From the NCBI GenBank assembly GCA_963662655.2, contig CAXXTU010000002.1, positions 3,614,423 to 3,678,422 of the forward strand: 64,000 nucleotides of DNA, read 5' to 3'. The notes below the pieces were generated by a model that searched no databases, was not told the DNA's origin, and saw only the letters and a program-made list of their open reading frames with translations. This DNA is from Candidatus Cloacimonadales bacterium. Lineage in GTDB: Bacteria > Cloacimonadota > Cloacimonadia > Cloacimonadales > JAIOQZ01. The position numbers and the translations under genes were made by a program. Positions 29,611-38,771 of the stretch are shown piece after piece; the stretch's first letter is position 1, and each line of letters opens with the position of its first letter.

Positions 29611-30437
29611 TCGACCGCGACCACAAGCTGCCGGTAAGCCAGCAGTGCCGTGTTCTGAAGCTGTCTCGATCCAGCTTCTACTACCAACCCCGACCGCTCC
29701 AGGAGAACATCCTGAGGCTCATGCGGCGAATCGACGATCTGCATCTGGAATACCCGTTCGCAGGCGCAAGGATGCTGAGAGAAATGTTGTTTAGGGACGG
29801 GTGGAAAGTCGGGCGACGCCGTGTCGGCACGCTGATGAAGAAGATGGGCATCACCGCACTGTATCGCAAGCCCAACACCAGCAAGCCGCATCCCGGGCAC
29901 ACGATTTACCCCTATCTGTTGCGCGATATGGAGATCACCCGACCGAACCAGGTCTGGACCGCCGACATCACGTATATCCCGATGAAACGGGGATCTGTCT
30001 ATCTGTTCGCGGTGATGGACTGGTACTCGCGCCGCGTACTCGCCTGGCAGCTATCCAACACACTGAGCGCCGATTTCTGTGTCGAGACCGTCGAGGAAGC
30101 GATGCAAATACATGGTCGCCCCGAGATATTCAACACGGATCAGGGAAGCCAGTTTACGAGCGCAAAGTTCACCGGATTGCTCAAGGAAAATGGCGTTTCG
30201 ATCAGTATGGACGGCAAGGGTTGCTGGCGGGACAACGTCTTTGTGGAGCGGCTTTGGAAGACATTCAAGTACGAGGAGGTTTATCTGAAGGCGTACGACA
30301 GCGTCAGCGACGCGCGAGGATCATAGCAGAAATATCTGGACTTCTATAACCGGATGCGGCCACACTCGGCTCACGGTGGTTGCACGCCTGATGAAATGTA
30401 TCGAAAAGACTCGGAGCATCTACCTGATGCAGCATGA
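29607..30437 (+). pseudogene. IS3 transposase OrfB (DDE/rve) with an in-frame amber stop at 30324-30326
   Basis: WTADITY, NTDQGSQF and DNVFVERLW motifs. After the TAG the same frame continues QKYLDFYNRMRPHSAH...TPDEMY to a TGA at 30437. Confidence 0.88.
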
Positions 30438-30503
30438 CATCAAACCCGGCAAGATTCCACTTATACATGACGGATTTCTGTCCATACTACCGGAGCCACT
30501 TCT

Positions 30504-31186
30504 CCCTATATCGCAATCCCGTGTCACTTGTCGTGGAGGCCGTAAATGATCCTCCGTACCTCATTGCTCCACTTCCCGACACGACAGCCGTTCAGGATTT
30601 CGTTGTTCCAATCGAATATGTGCTGACCGATTATTTCGCGGATGAGGAAAGTGAATCACTTCAATTCACAGTGGATTTCAATTCAGAGGAGATAAACGCG
30701 CAAATCGACGGAGAGACGTTGTTACTGAACTCGGTGCCCGGATGGTTTGGAACGACGCAGATTGTAGTTACTGCTGACGATGCGGAGGAGTATTTCCGCA
30801 ACGCTGACAATATCGTGGAAGTGAAACGCCTTTATCGATCCACATGCAGTGACACGTTTCTCGTAGTTCTGGACGAAGTCTCAATCGATGATGATACGGA
30901 CATGGTTTGGGATACGATGCTCTATCCTGCCTTCCCGAATCCGGTGAAGGGAGAGGCTCGCATTTCTTTCTCGATGAGAGAAGAAGGCAATGCAGAAGTC
31001 GCCGTTTACAACATCCGAGGTCAGAGAGTAACAACGCTTGCTTCAAGAAGATACGGCGTCGGTTCGCATGTGTTGATGTGGGATTGCCATGACCAAAAAG
31101 GATGCCCTGTGGCTTCGGGAGTATACTTCGTCCAAATGAAGGCTCACGGTCACTCGGACATACAGAAGATCATGTTATTGAAGTAG
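30504..31186 (+). pseudogene. 5'-truncated fragment of a surface protein (last cadherin-like domain plus FlgD-Ig CTD)
   Basis: Starts at the right end of the IS. VEAVNDPPYLIAPLPDTTAVQDF aligns with VDAVNDAPYLFAQLPDTTGVQDF of the 2147-aa protein; ends KIMLLK. Confidence 0.82.
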
Positions 31187-31441
31187 TATTTTTACCGCCA
31201 ATGAGTAATGATTAGCATGTAAGGTTCTGGACAGATTCCTATCCATAGGCTATCGTGGTGTTCATGCGGAGTAAAAAAAGCGTTTCCCCAACGGAGTCGA
31301 AGGCTCGATGCTCGCGTTTTCGCATGCGAAATCACTCAGCATGGCAGGCAACGTCCCGGATTTGCCTTATCCAGCAATGGTGAATATGCTTGACCAATAA
31401 ATCGCCATTCAGAAAATTTATTCATTTTTCCAAGGAGAATC

Positions 31442-32521
31442 ATGGACATGCGCACAACACTACCTGTCGAAAGAATTGCCCGTGGGTTGATCAATATGAC
31501 GAACAAACGTCCGTCGATGACGCTGGCGAACTTGCTGCTTACGTATCGCTGTACCCAGCGATGCAAGCAATGTACCGCCCCGGACATCAAGACACGGAAC
31601 TCCTTTATGCGACTGGAGGACATGGAGATCATTCTCGACAGACTCTCGCGGCAGGGTACCCAGTGGATTTCACTTTCGGGCGGTGATCCGATGCTTCATC
31701 CTCAGCTCGACGAATGCGTCAGACTGGTGAAGAGCTATCGTTTTCTCCGGGTGCATCTACTCACAACGCTCTACGGGACGGACGAGATGGTGGAGCGCGT
31801 TATCGATATCGTGCTGAGAAATCGGCTTTCAATCTCCTGCTCCTTCGATGGATACGGAGCGTTGGTGGACGATCTTCGCGGTGCGCCGAACGTGGCCGAG
31901 ACCGTAGAGAGGAACATGAGGTGGCTCGATCGCGAGAACCGCAAGCTGCGCAAGCCGGTTCAAGCAGGCGTCAGCATCACGCTCAATGCGCGAAATCTGA
32001 GCGAATTGCCGCGAATCCTCGGCTTGATCAAGGAACTCGGCTGGAGAGCGAACATCGATATCTATCGCTGGTCGTCCGTGCGCCAGAACGAGGTCGACGA
32101 GCTGAAGCTGAAGCCCAACGACGAATTGCGGGAGGCAATCGAGCTTGCAAAGAGCCACCCGAACGTGTTCACGCCATCCTGGTTGTTTGATGGTTTCATG
32201 GACTATCTGCGTGGAGATTACCCGAAATATTGCCCCTACCTCGATATGCCGACACTCGGAAGCAAATTCTTTATCAATCCTGATGGCGACGTGGAAGTGT
32301 GCATCGGGGGAAGCGTCGGGAATATCCTGGAAAGCACGCCGGAAGAAATCTTCACCTCCGCAGCGTGGTGGAAGATGCTGCGTGAGTTCAAGAAGTGCGA
32401 AGGTTGCTGGAACACCTGTTATACGCTCTCGACAAGCATTCTCAAGGTCAAAGATCCGAAGGAAATCCTCAAAATGGCTCGCCTTGCCTTTCAAGTGAAG
32501 AAGGGTGTGAAGGCGAGATAA
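31442..32521 (+). CDS. Radical SAM/SPASM-domain protein
   Basis: CTQRCKQC (CxxxCxxC); SGGDPML; C-terminal CP...INPDGDVEVC...CEGCWNTC; SD AAGGAG. Confidence 0.9.
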   Translation: MDMRTTLPVERIARGLINMTNKRPSMTLANLLLTYRCTQRCKQCTAPDIKTRNSFMRLEDMEIILDRLSRQGTQWISLSGGDPMLHPQLDECVRLVKSYRFLRVHLLTTLYGTDEMVERVIDIVLRNRLSISCSFDGYGALVDDLRGAPNVAETVERNMRWLDRENRKLRKPVQAGVSITLNARNLSELPRILGLIKELGWRANIDIYRWSSVRQNEVDELKLKPNDELREAIELAKSHPNVFTPSWLFDGFMDYLRGDYPKYCPYLDMPTLGSKFFINPDGDVEVCIGGSVGNILESTPEEIFTSAAWWKMLREFKKCEGCWNTCYTLSTSILKVKDPKEILKMARLAFQVKKGVKAR

Positions 32522-32602
32522 TACAATTTCTTGATTGAGACGCCATAAAGTAATTCGATACCACAAAAAGAGGGGAAGTGAGCTTCAAGTAGATTGTAGT
32601 TT

Positions 32603-32618
32603 TGGAACACTCATTGCA
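32603..32618 (+). promoter_or_regulatory. Sigma54 (-24/-12) promoter candidate for the C25 peptidase
   Basis: TGGAAC-ACTCA-TTGCA with exact GG-N10-GC spacing, about 40 nt before the ATG. Confidence 0.6.
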
Positions 32619-32657
32619 ACAACATTGAGGAAACATAATCTACTACAGGAGTTCACG

Positions 32658-34757
32658 ATGAAACCTCTAATCCTCACCTTGTTGCTGTTCCTGTTTAGCA
32701 TAGCGCTCTCCGCTGAGACGCTTCACTTCGATTACCATTTCGAACAACCCCGGATCGAGCATGTCTCAGGCAGAAGTCTCGTGCAGATTTCAGGCCTGAC
32801 CGGCACCGGCGAGCCCGGCTTCCCTTCGCTACCTGCATTCGCGGTGAAAATCCTTCTCGATCCTTCACATACGATAGCCGATATCAATGTCGTGGGAGAC
32901 GTGGAGCTCATTCCCCTGAGCGCCCCCATCTTCCCTGCTCAGCAGCAGTATCCTGCAAGCATGCTCGAAGAAATCACGCCGGCGTTTACAGCGATGTCGC
33001 ATGATGTGAACGACATGCCCGTCTATCCGCTCGAGCGATTCGACAGCATTACATACGGTACGTTTCGCGGCTTCAGGATCGCGACGTTTCTCATCTACCC
33101 CGCGCGATATCTTCCGGCACAGGACGTGCTGGAGTTTGCTCCAATTCTTCATATAACCGTCGAGACGGCGGTGGATAACAATGTTTGCGATGTCTTTGTG
33201 CGTAAGGATGATCGAACGTTGCAGGCGCTTTCCAGGATGGTGGAGAATCCCGAAGCAAGTTCTTGCTATCAAGCATCCTCTCGCAGGAGCGATCGGGACG
33301 AATACGACTACCTGATTATCACGCCGGATTCTCTGGCGGAGGCTTTCTCACTTCTGGCCGAGTACAAGAGCAACCACGGCTTCGCAACGGAAATCGCGAC
33401 CGTGGAAGACATCCTGGAGAGCACGGAAGGGATTGACGCCCAGGATAAAATCCGTAATTACATCATCAACGAATACGAAGAATGCGGGATCAGCTACCTC
33501 TTGCTGGGAGCCGACGACGAGTTTCTTCCGCATCGTGGATTCTGGTTGCGGGTTGGTGGAATCATCGAGCCGGACCTTGCCTGCGACCTTTACTACTTCA
33601 ATCTGGATGGAACCTGGGACGATGACGGCAACGGCGTTTACGGCGAGCGGCACGAGATAGATTACTTCAGCGAAGTTTATGGCGCCAGGGCGAGTGTTGA
33701 TACCGTGGAAGAGGCGGAGAACTTCGTCAACAAGCAGATCGTCTATCAAAGCGCTCCGGTTGTGGACGATATCAAGCGCACGTTGCTGGCAGCGGGATAT
33801 CTCGGCATGGCGGTCACAGGAGCCGATCACATGGAAGAAATTCGCTTGGGATGCGACCTGTATGATTACTCAACTGCTGGAATCCCGGATCATATCGAAG
33901 TATCCACGCTTTACGACACAGACGGTAACTGGGGATCGGAGGAAATCCTCCAGTACATGAACGGCGGCATCAATATGGTGGGGCACATTGGGCACAGCTT
34001 TACGCATCAAGTGATGCACATCGAAGTTGCCGATGTTAATGCGGAGAATATCACCAACGATGGCGTGAACCATATCTTCAATATCATCTACACGCAAGGA
34101 TGTTATGCAAACGCTTTCGATAACGCGACTTCCGTTGGCAACTACTCCGAATGCGACGCGATTTCGGAGTACCTGACGGGATTTGAGAACGGATGTGTCT
34201 GCTTCATCGGGAATACGCGGTACGGTCTGCTGAGTTCTTCCAACACGAACGGAGCTTCGCAGCACCTTCAGCGGGAGTTCTTCGATGCGCTCTATGGTGA
34301 GGGTATCACCTGTATCTCCGAGGCGCAGACGGACAGTCGCGACGATTCGGTTCCATTTATTGCCAACGGCAATTACGTCCTGTGGGTCTATTACGAGATC
34401 ACCCTTCTGGGGGATCCCACGCTGGAGATATGGACGGACGAACCGTCGGGGATCGATACGAACGATGATGCTATCTGTAATACCGGTAATCATTTGCAGA
34501 TTCACCCCAATCCGTTCAACCCCGAGACGACCATCTCCTTCACGATTCCGGCGGACGAGCATGTCGCGCTGGATATCTTCAACATTCGTGGGCAGAAAGT
34601 ATGTTCGCTTCTCGATGAAAAGCTAGTACAAGGGCAGCATTCCGTGAGGTGGTCGGGAGTGAACGACGCGGGACGGCAGGTCTCGTCGGGGATTTACTTC
34701 AGCAGGCTGAAGACAGGTGATGCGACGACCCTGAGGAAGATGTTGATGTTGAAGTAA
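32658..34757 (+). CDS. Gingipain-like C25 cysteine peptidase with propeptide and FlgD-Ig/T9SS-like CTD
   Basis: Signal peptide MKPLILTLLLFLFSIALSA; propeptide GEPGFPSLP; YLIIT, YLLLGADD; catalytic HIGHS and TQGCYA; LLGDP; PNPFNP...KMLMLK. Confidence 0.9.
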   Translation: MKPLILTLLLFLFSIALSAETLHFDYHFEQPRIEHVSGRSLVQISGLTGTGEPGFPSLPAFAVKILLDPSHTIADINVVGDVELIPLSAPIFPAQQQYPASMLEEITPAFTAMSHDVNDMPVYPLERFDSITYGTFRGFRIATFLIYPARYLPAQDVLEFAPILHITVETAVDNNVCDVFVRKDDRTLQALSRMVENPEASSCYQASSRRSDRDEYDYLIITPDSLAEAFSLLAEYKSNHGFATEIATVEDILESTEGIDAQDKIRNYIINEYEECGISYLLLGADDEFLPHRGFWLRVGGIIEPDLACDLYYFNLDGTWDDDGNGVYGERHEIDYFSEVYGARASVDTVEEAENFVNKQIVYQSAPVVDDIKRTLLAAGYLGMAVTGADHMEEIRLGCDLYDYSTAGIPDHIEVSTLYDTDGNWGSEEILQYMNGGINMVGHIGHSFTHQVMHIEVADVNAENITNDGVNHIFNIIYTQGCYANAFDNATSVGNYSECDAISEYLTGFENGCVCFIGNTRYGLLSSSNTNGASQHLQREFFDALYGEGITCISEAQTDSRDDSVPFIANGNYVLWVYYEITLLGDPTLEIWTDEPSGIDTNDDAICNTGNHLQIHPNPFNPETTISFTIPADEHVALDIFNIRGQKVCSLLDEKLVQGQHSVRWSGVNDAGRQVSSGIYFSRLKTGDATTLRKMLMLK

Positions 34758-35000
34758 TTTTCGCTACGCGAAGGCCGAAATCACTCAAGCATGACATACG
34801 GGGGGAGCCGCAACCCGTTCGATTGGCAACAGAGCCATAGAAGGGGCCGTCTCGATTATTTCCATGAAATTATTGACACCGTTCCCCGTTATATATTATA
34901 CACTATCCCCAAATAAAATGAAATCTGGGAAAAATCTACGTTCCGAGGATTGTCGGAGGGATAATTCTCTGGTAGAGAAAATGGAGCGAGGAACGAGACA

Positions 35001-38000
35001 ATGAGACAAGCGATCGTATACATGCTGCTGTTTGTGGCGGCGTTTGCCTGGTGTGATTATAAAGAAAACTACGATTTCGGCGTTCGAATGTACGGCGACA
35101 AGCTGTACGACGAAGCAATCGGCATCTTCGAGGATGTGATCGACGAGGCCCCCATGAGCGAAGAAGCGGAAGAATCGCTGTTCATGATTGGCGATTGCTA
35201 TGAGAAACAGGATAAGTATCAGGAGGCCGAGATCAAATTCAAACAGCTCTATGACCGCTATCCTCAGAGCGGCAAGCGGGATCGGGCGCTCTTTCATTAT
35301 GCACGGGCACAGCACTTGCAAAAGCGTTATGCGGAAGCAGCAAAGTCCTTCGATCAATTGATCGCGCAGTATCCTGTTTCCGGCTATACCATGCAGTCTC
35401 TCGTCATATATATACAGGGCCTGTACGAAAGCGGCGAATACAATCGCGCGATCACACTTGCGGACGACTCCAACGACTGGTTTCCCGAAAATGCCGACCG
35501 TCCTCAGATTCTTCTGCTGGCGGCGAAATCGCTTCTGAAGCTGCAAGCGCCCCAGGAGGCAAAGTCACGCTTGAATCAGATCGTCAGCCAGTTCCCCGCC
35601 CACGACGCACGCTGGACCGCATACGGAATGGAGCTTGACCTGATTGCCAAAGAAGAGGGTATTCAATCCGCGATTCGCTCGCTGGACAGCACGTTGCAGG
35701 GGGAAGTACCACGTTTGCACGAGGAAATGCTGCGTTTCAGGCTGGTAAAGTATTACTTCGAGCTCGGGATGTATCGTGAGGCCTATCGTCAATTGGACAC
35801 GCTGGTGAGCAGGTTCGATCAATCGGAGAACCTGGATCGCTATATCAGTTGGCTTACGCGTGCTCGGCTCGCCTTGGGTAAATACAGCGAGATCATCGAA
35901 TCCGCCGAGCGAAACGCGAAGGTTTTCAAGAACAGCTCTCTCGATCAATTGCAGGAGTATTATTCGATCCGAGCAAAGTACCTCGACGGTAGTTACGATC
36001 AGGCGCAGCAGGAAGCGCTGGGGCTTCTGGATACGGTCCGCGAGGACAGCCTGCGATACGAGACAAATTATCTGATCGCGGATATCCATCGCGACATGGG
36101 GCGCTATAAGGACGCGATCAAGGATTACCTGGTTATCATCAATAAGTACGCCCAGTACGGAAGCAATGCGGAAATCTACATGCAGATCGGTGATATCTAT
36201 CATGCGCGATTCCAGGAGTATGGTACCGCGATCCGATATTATCAGCTTGTCGCCTCCATGTCGGACGATGTCGGATTGCAAAACCGGTCGCTGCGCCAGA
36301 TGGCGGAATGCTATGAGCAATTGGGTCGATACCGGGACGCAGTCGATGCGTTGATGCAGATCAACGCCCAAGCGCTGGAGGCCAAGGAAAGAGTGGAGGT
36401 GGAGGATCGTATCGATTATCTCAAGAAATACCGCATCGCCGATTACGAAAAGGCGTTCATCGATCTCACAAAGGCCCTCAACGAGTACGTCGAGGATGGC
36501 AATAAAGACGATTTGCGCAACAACTTCATGGAGATCATGGCCGGTGATGTGAAACAAATCGACGTTGCGCTGGATATGAAGAAAGATCCGCGAACGGTTA
36601 CGGACGCGTTCTTGAGAAGCAAGTTACTGCTCCGTTTGCTGGATCGGAAGATGCGTGAGGGGGACCAGGAAGGCATCGCAAAGGCCAGACAGGAGCTCCA
36701 GAGCGCCAAGATGCTTCTGATGGCTTCCTCGCAACTTTATATCCTTAAATCGATCGAGCTGGAAGAGGCATACCTTGGAGCAGACCGGAATCCCGGGGCG
36801 GAGCTCATTGAAGAGATGGGCACGCTTACGCAGGAAGCCGAGGAAGACTTTGTCCCGCAGTGGATGCGTCTGGTTGTGGGACGGTATTACATCGGGCAGG
36901 GCGATACGCTGAAGGCTGCCGGATATCTTGAGTCGCTCAGAATGGATTCCTCGATTTCTGATATGCAATACCGGGATGCGAAGCTTTCCCTGGGGGATTT
37001 CTACTACCACAAGCAAGAATTCCAGAAAGCGATCGACAACTACGAGCTTGCGGGGGAACGCATCAATCTGAACGTCCCCGAAACGCTGTATCGATACGCG
37101 AAGGCGTTGGGCAAGGTGGGGAAGACCGGCCAGGCGCTGGAGAAAATGGCCTTTTTGGTGAACAACAACAGCAATTTTACTCAGTATGACGAGGCGATCG
37201 AGTATGTCGCGCAATCGTGGCGCGCTCAGGGGGATCAACAGACTGCCCTGAAGTACCTTCTCATGACACCCGAGATCAAGAGGAACGACGAGTTCTACGG
37301 GAAGCTGGGCGACATTTACGTTTCACTGGGCGACAAGGTGCGTGCGAAAGAAGCGTTGATGCACATCAAGGAAAAGGATGTGGAGACCTTGCGTGAACTG
37401 GCTTCGTTGCAGTACGAGACCGACGATTTCTCCATCGCTGCGTATACGCTGCAACAGCTTGTCGAAAAGGACAAACCGAATGCCTGGAAGTACTTCTCGC
37501 GGCTTGGCGATATTGCCTATCGCTCCGGGGACTACCGGGAGGCGTCAGGCGCGTTCGACAAACTATTCGCGAAGAGCGACGACGAGGTCTTGAACCTTGC
37601 GAACATCGATGAATCGGATTACGTTCTCGAGGCGATTGTCTCCGCGTATCGCATCGAAAACCGACCCAAAGCGGAGAAGCTTTACGACCGTTTTGAAAAA
37701 AGCATCGAGGTCGACAACCGGCGCGAGGCGGAAGTCAAGCTCAATGAAGGTATCTACTACGTGAAGATGGATGCCGGCAAGGCGGAGAGTATCTTCGGGA
37801 AGCTGATCAAGCGGGACGAGACGCCTGCGGACATCAAAGCGGAGGCCTACCTCTGGCGTGGAACCGTGTATATCATGCGCAAGAAGAACGAGGAAGCCGC
37901 CGCCGATTTGAATATGGCGATATCCAGCGGCTCGCGCGAGGTGCGTAAACAGGCGCATTTCAAGATGGGAACGCTGCTTTTCACCACCGAGGATTACGAC

Positions 38001-38540
38001 AACGCGTTGACGCATTACTACTACGTGATCGAGAACGATTCCACCGGCACGCTGGCGAAGGACGCGGCGAGGAACTTCGCGCTCGTGTGCAAGACCATTG
38101 GCGAGTGGAACAAGGCCGTCAGCGCATACGAGATTATCCTGGATCGCTGGGGCGATCAGGACATGCACGCCGAGACATTGTTCGACATTGGGTACTGCTA
38201 CTATCGCGACCGGAAGTATCGCCAGGCAGTGGAAACCTTCCAGAAGTCGATTCCCCTGCTGGAGAATCCGGAAATGAAGGCCGAGGCGCAATACTGGATC
38301 GGTCAGGCGCACTTCGACGACGAAGCTTACGACTCCGCGATCACCGCCTGGCTGCGGGTAAGCTACAATTACCCCGATATCACGCGTTGGGCGGCCGTGG
38401 CAGAACTGAAATCGGGCGAGGCGTACCTGATGATGAACCGGAACGATAAAGCCCGGATTATCTTCGAGAAGGTCGTGCAGAAGTATGGCAAGGGCAGTGA
38501 CTGGGGCAAAGAGGCATTCCAGAAGCTGAAAGAGCTTTGA
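35001..38540 (+). CDS. Large secreted/periplasmic TPR protein
   Basis: Signal peptide; TPRs throughout (e.g. SLFMIGDCY, AQYWIGQAHF); 1179 aa. Confidence 0.88.
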   Translation: MRQAIVYMLLFVAAFAWCDYKENYDFGVRMYGDKLYDEAIGIFEDVIDEAPMSEEAEESLFMIGDCYEKQDKYQEAEIKFKQLYDRYPQSGKRDRALFHYARAQHLQKRYAEAAKSFDQLIAQYPVSGYTMQSLVIYIQGLYESGEYNRAITLADDSNDWFPENADRPQILLLAAKSLLKLQAPQEAKSRLNQIVSQFPAHDARWTAYGMELDLIAKEEGIQSAIRSLDSTLQGEVPRLHEEMLRFRLVKYYFELGMYREAYRQLDTLVSRFDQSENLDRYISWLTRARLALGKYSEIIESAERNAKVFKNSSLDQLQEYYSIRAKYLDGSYDQAQQEALGLLDTVREDSLRYETNYLIADIHRDMGRYKDAIKDYLVIINKYAQYGSNAEIYMQIGDIYHARFQEYGTAIRYYQLVASMSDDVGLQNRSLRQMAECYEQLGRYRDAVDALMQINAQALEAKERVEVEDRIDYLKKYRIADYEKAFIDLTKALNEYVEDGNKDDLRNNFMEIMAGDVKQIDVALDMKKDPRTVTDAFLRSKLLLRLLDRKMREGDQEGIAKARQELQSAKMLLMASSQLYILKSIELEEAYLGADRNPGAELIEEMGTLTQEAEEDFVPQWMRLVVGRYYIGQGDTLKAAGYLESLRMDSSISDMQYRDAKLSLGDFYYHKQEFQKAIDNYELAGERINLNVPETLYRYAKALGKVGKTGQALEKMAFLVNNNSNFTQYDEAIEYVAQSWRAQGDQQTALKYLLMTPEIKRNDEFYGKLGDIYVSLGDKVRAKEALMHIKEKDVETLRELASLQYETDDFSIAAYTLQQLVEKDKPNAWKYFSRLGDIAYRSGDYREASGAFDKLFAKSDDEVLNLANIDESDYVLEAIVSAYRIENRPKAEKLYDRFEKSIEVDNRREAEVKLNEGIYYVKMDAGKAESIFGKLIKRDETPADIKAEAYLWRGTVYIMRKKNEEAAADLNMAISSGSREVRKQAHFKMGTLLFTTEDYDNALTHYYYVIENDSTGTLAKDAARNFALVCKTIGEWNKAVSAYEIILDRWGDQDMHAETLFDIGYCYYRDRKYRQAVETFQKSIPLLENPEMKAEAQYWIGQAHFDDEAYDSAITAWLRVSYNYPDITRWAAVAELKSGEAYLMMNRNDKARIIFEKVVQKYGKGSDWGKEAFQKLKEL

Positions 38541-38712
38541 TCGGCATGGGTGGCTCGGGCCATCTTGTCCCGATCCAGCCACTTCGCCGTATAAGAACAC
38601 GCTTCCAGTGCACTTCAAGTTGTCGCCATCGGAGGGGATTTCAATAACGTGCACTTCCAGCGTGTAACCAATACGGCTTCGGGCGTGGCTCGAACCAATC
38701 TGTCGCCGAGTG
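38541..38712. other. Structured intergenic element: long interrupted hairpin flanked by two REP-like direct repeats
   Basis: Nested pairs AGCCAC/GTGGCT, GCCGTAT/ATACGGC, ACACGCT/AGCGTGT and GTGCAC/GTGCAC; repeats GTGGCTCGGGCCATCTTGTCCCGA and GTGGCTCGAACCAATCTGTCGCCGA. Confidence 0.5.
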
Positions 38713-38771
38713 AAACGTTGTAATCAGGTGATTGAGCTTGTAACATCATATTGTATAGCATCGAGCGGATA

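Larger units (their letters stand above)
29218..30503 (+). mobile_element. IS3-family insertion sequence (~1.29 kb), transposase inactivated
   Basis: Imperfect terminal IRs AGAAGTGGTCACGGAAATTAGGAC and (reverse complement) AGAAGTGGCTCCGGTAGTATGGAC; a second subterminal IR block GTATTAGTGGAAATCTTGC vs GTATAAGTGGAATCTTGC; orfA/orfB layout; no target-site duplication. Confidence 0.92.

Noticed and set aside
30324..30326. Programmed amber readthrough or recoding in OrfB
   Set aside because: TAG ends several ordinary genes here (both FGE genes and the 2147-aa gene), so a nonsense mutation is simpler.
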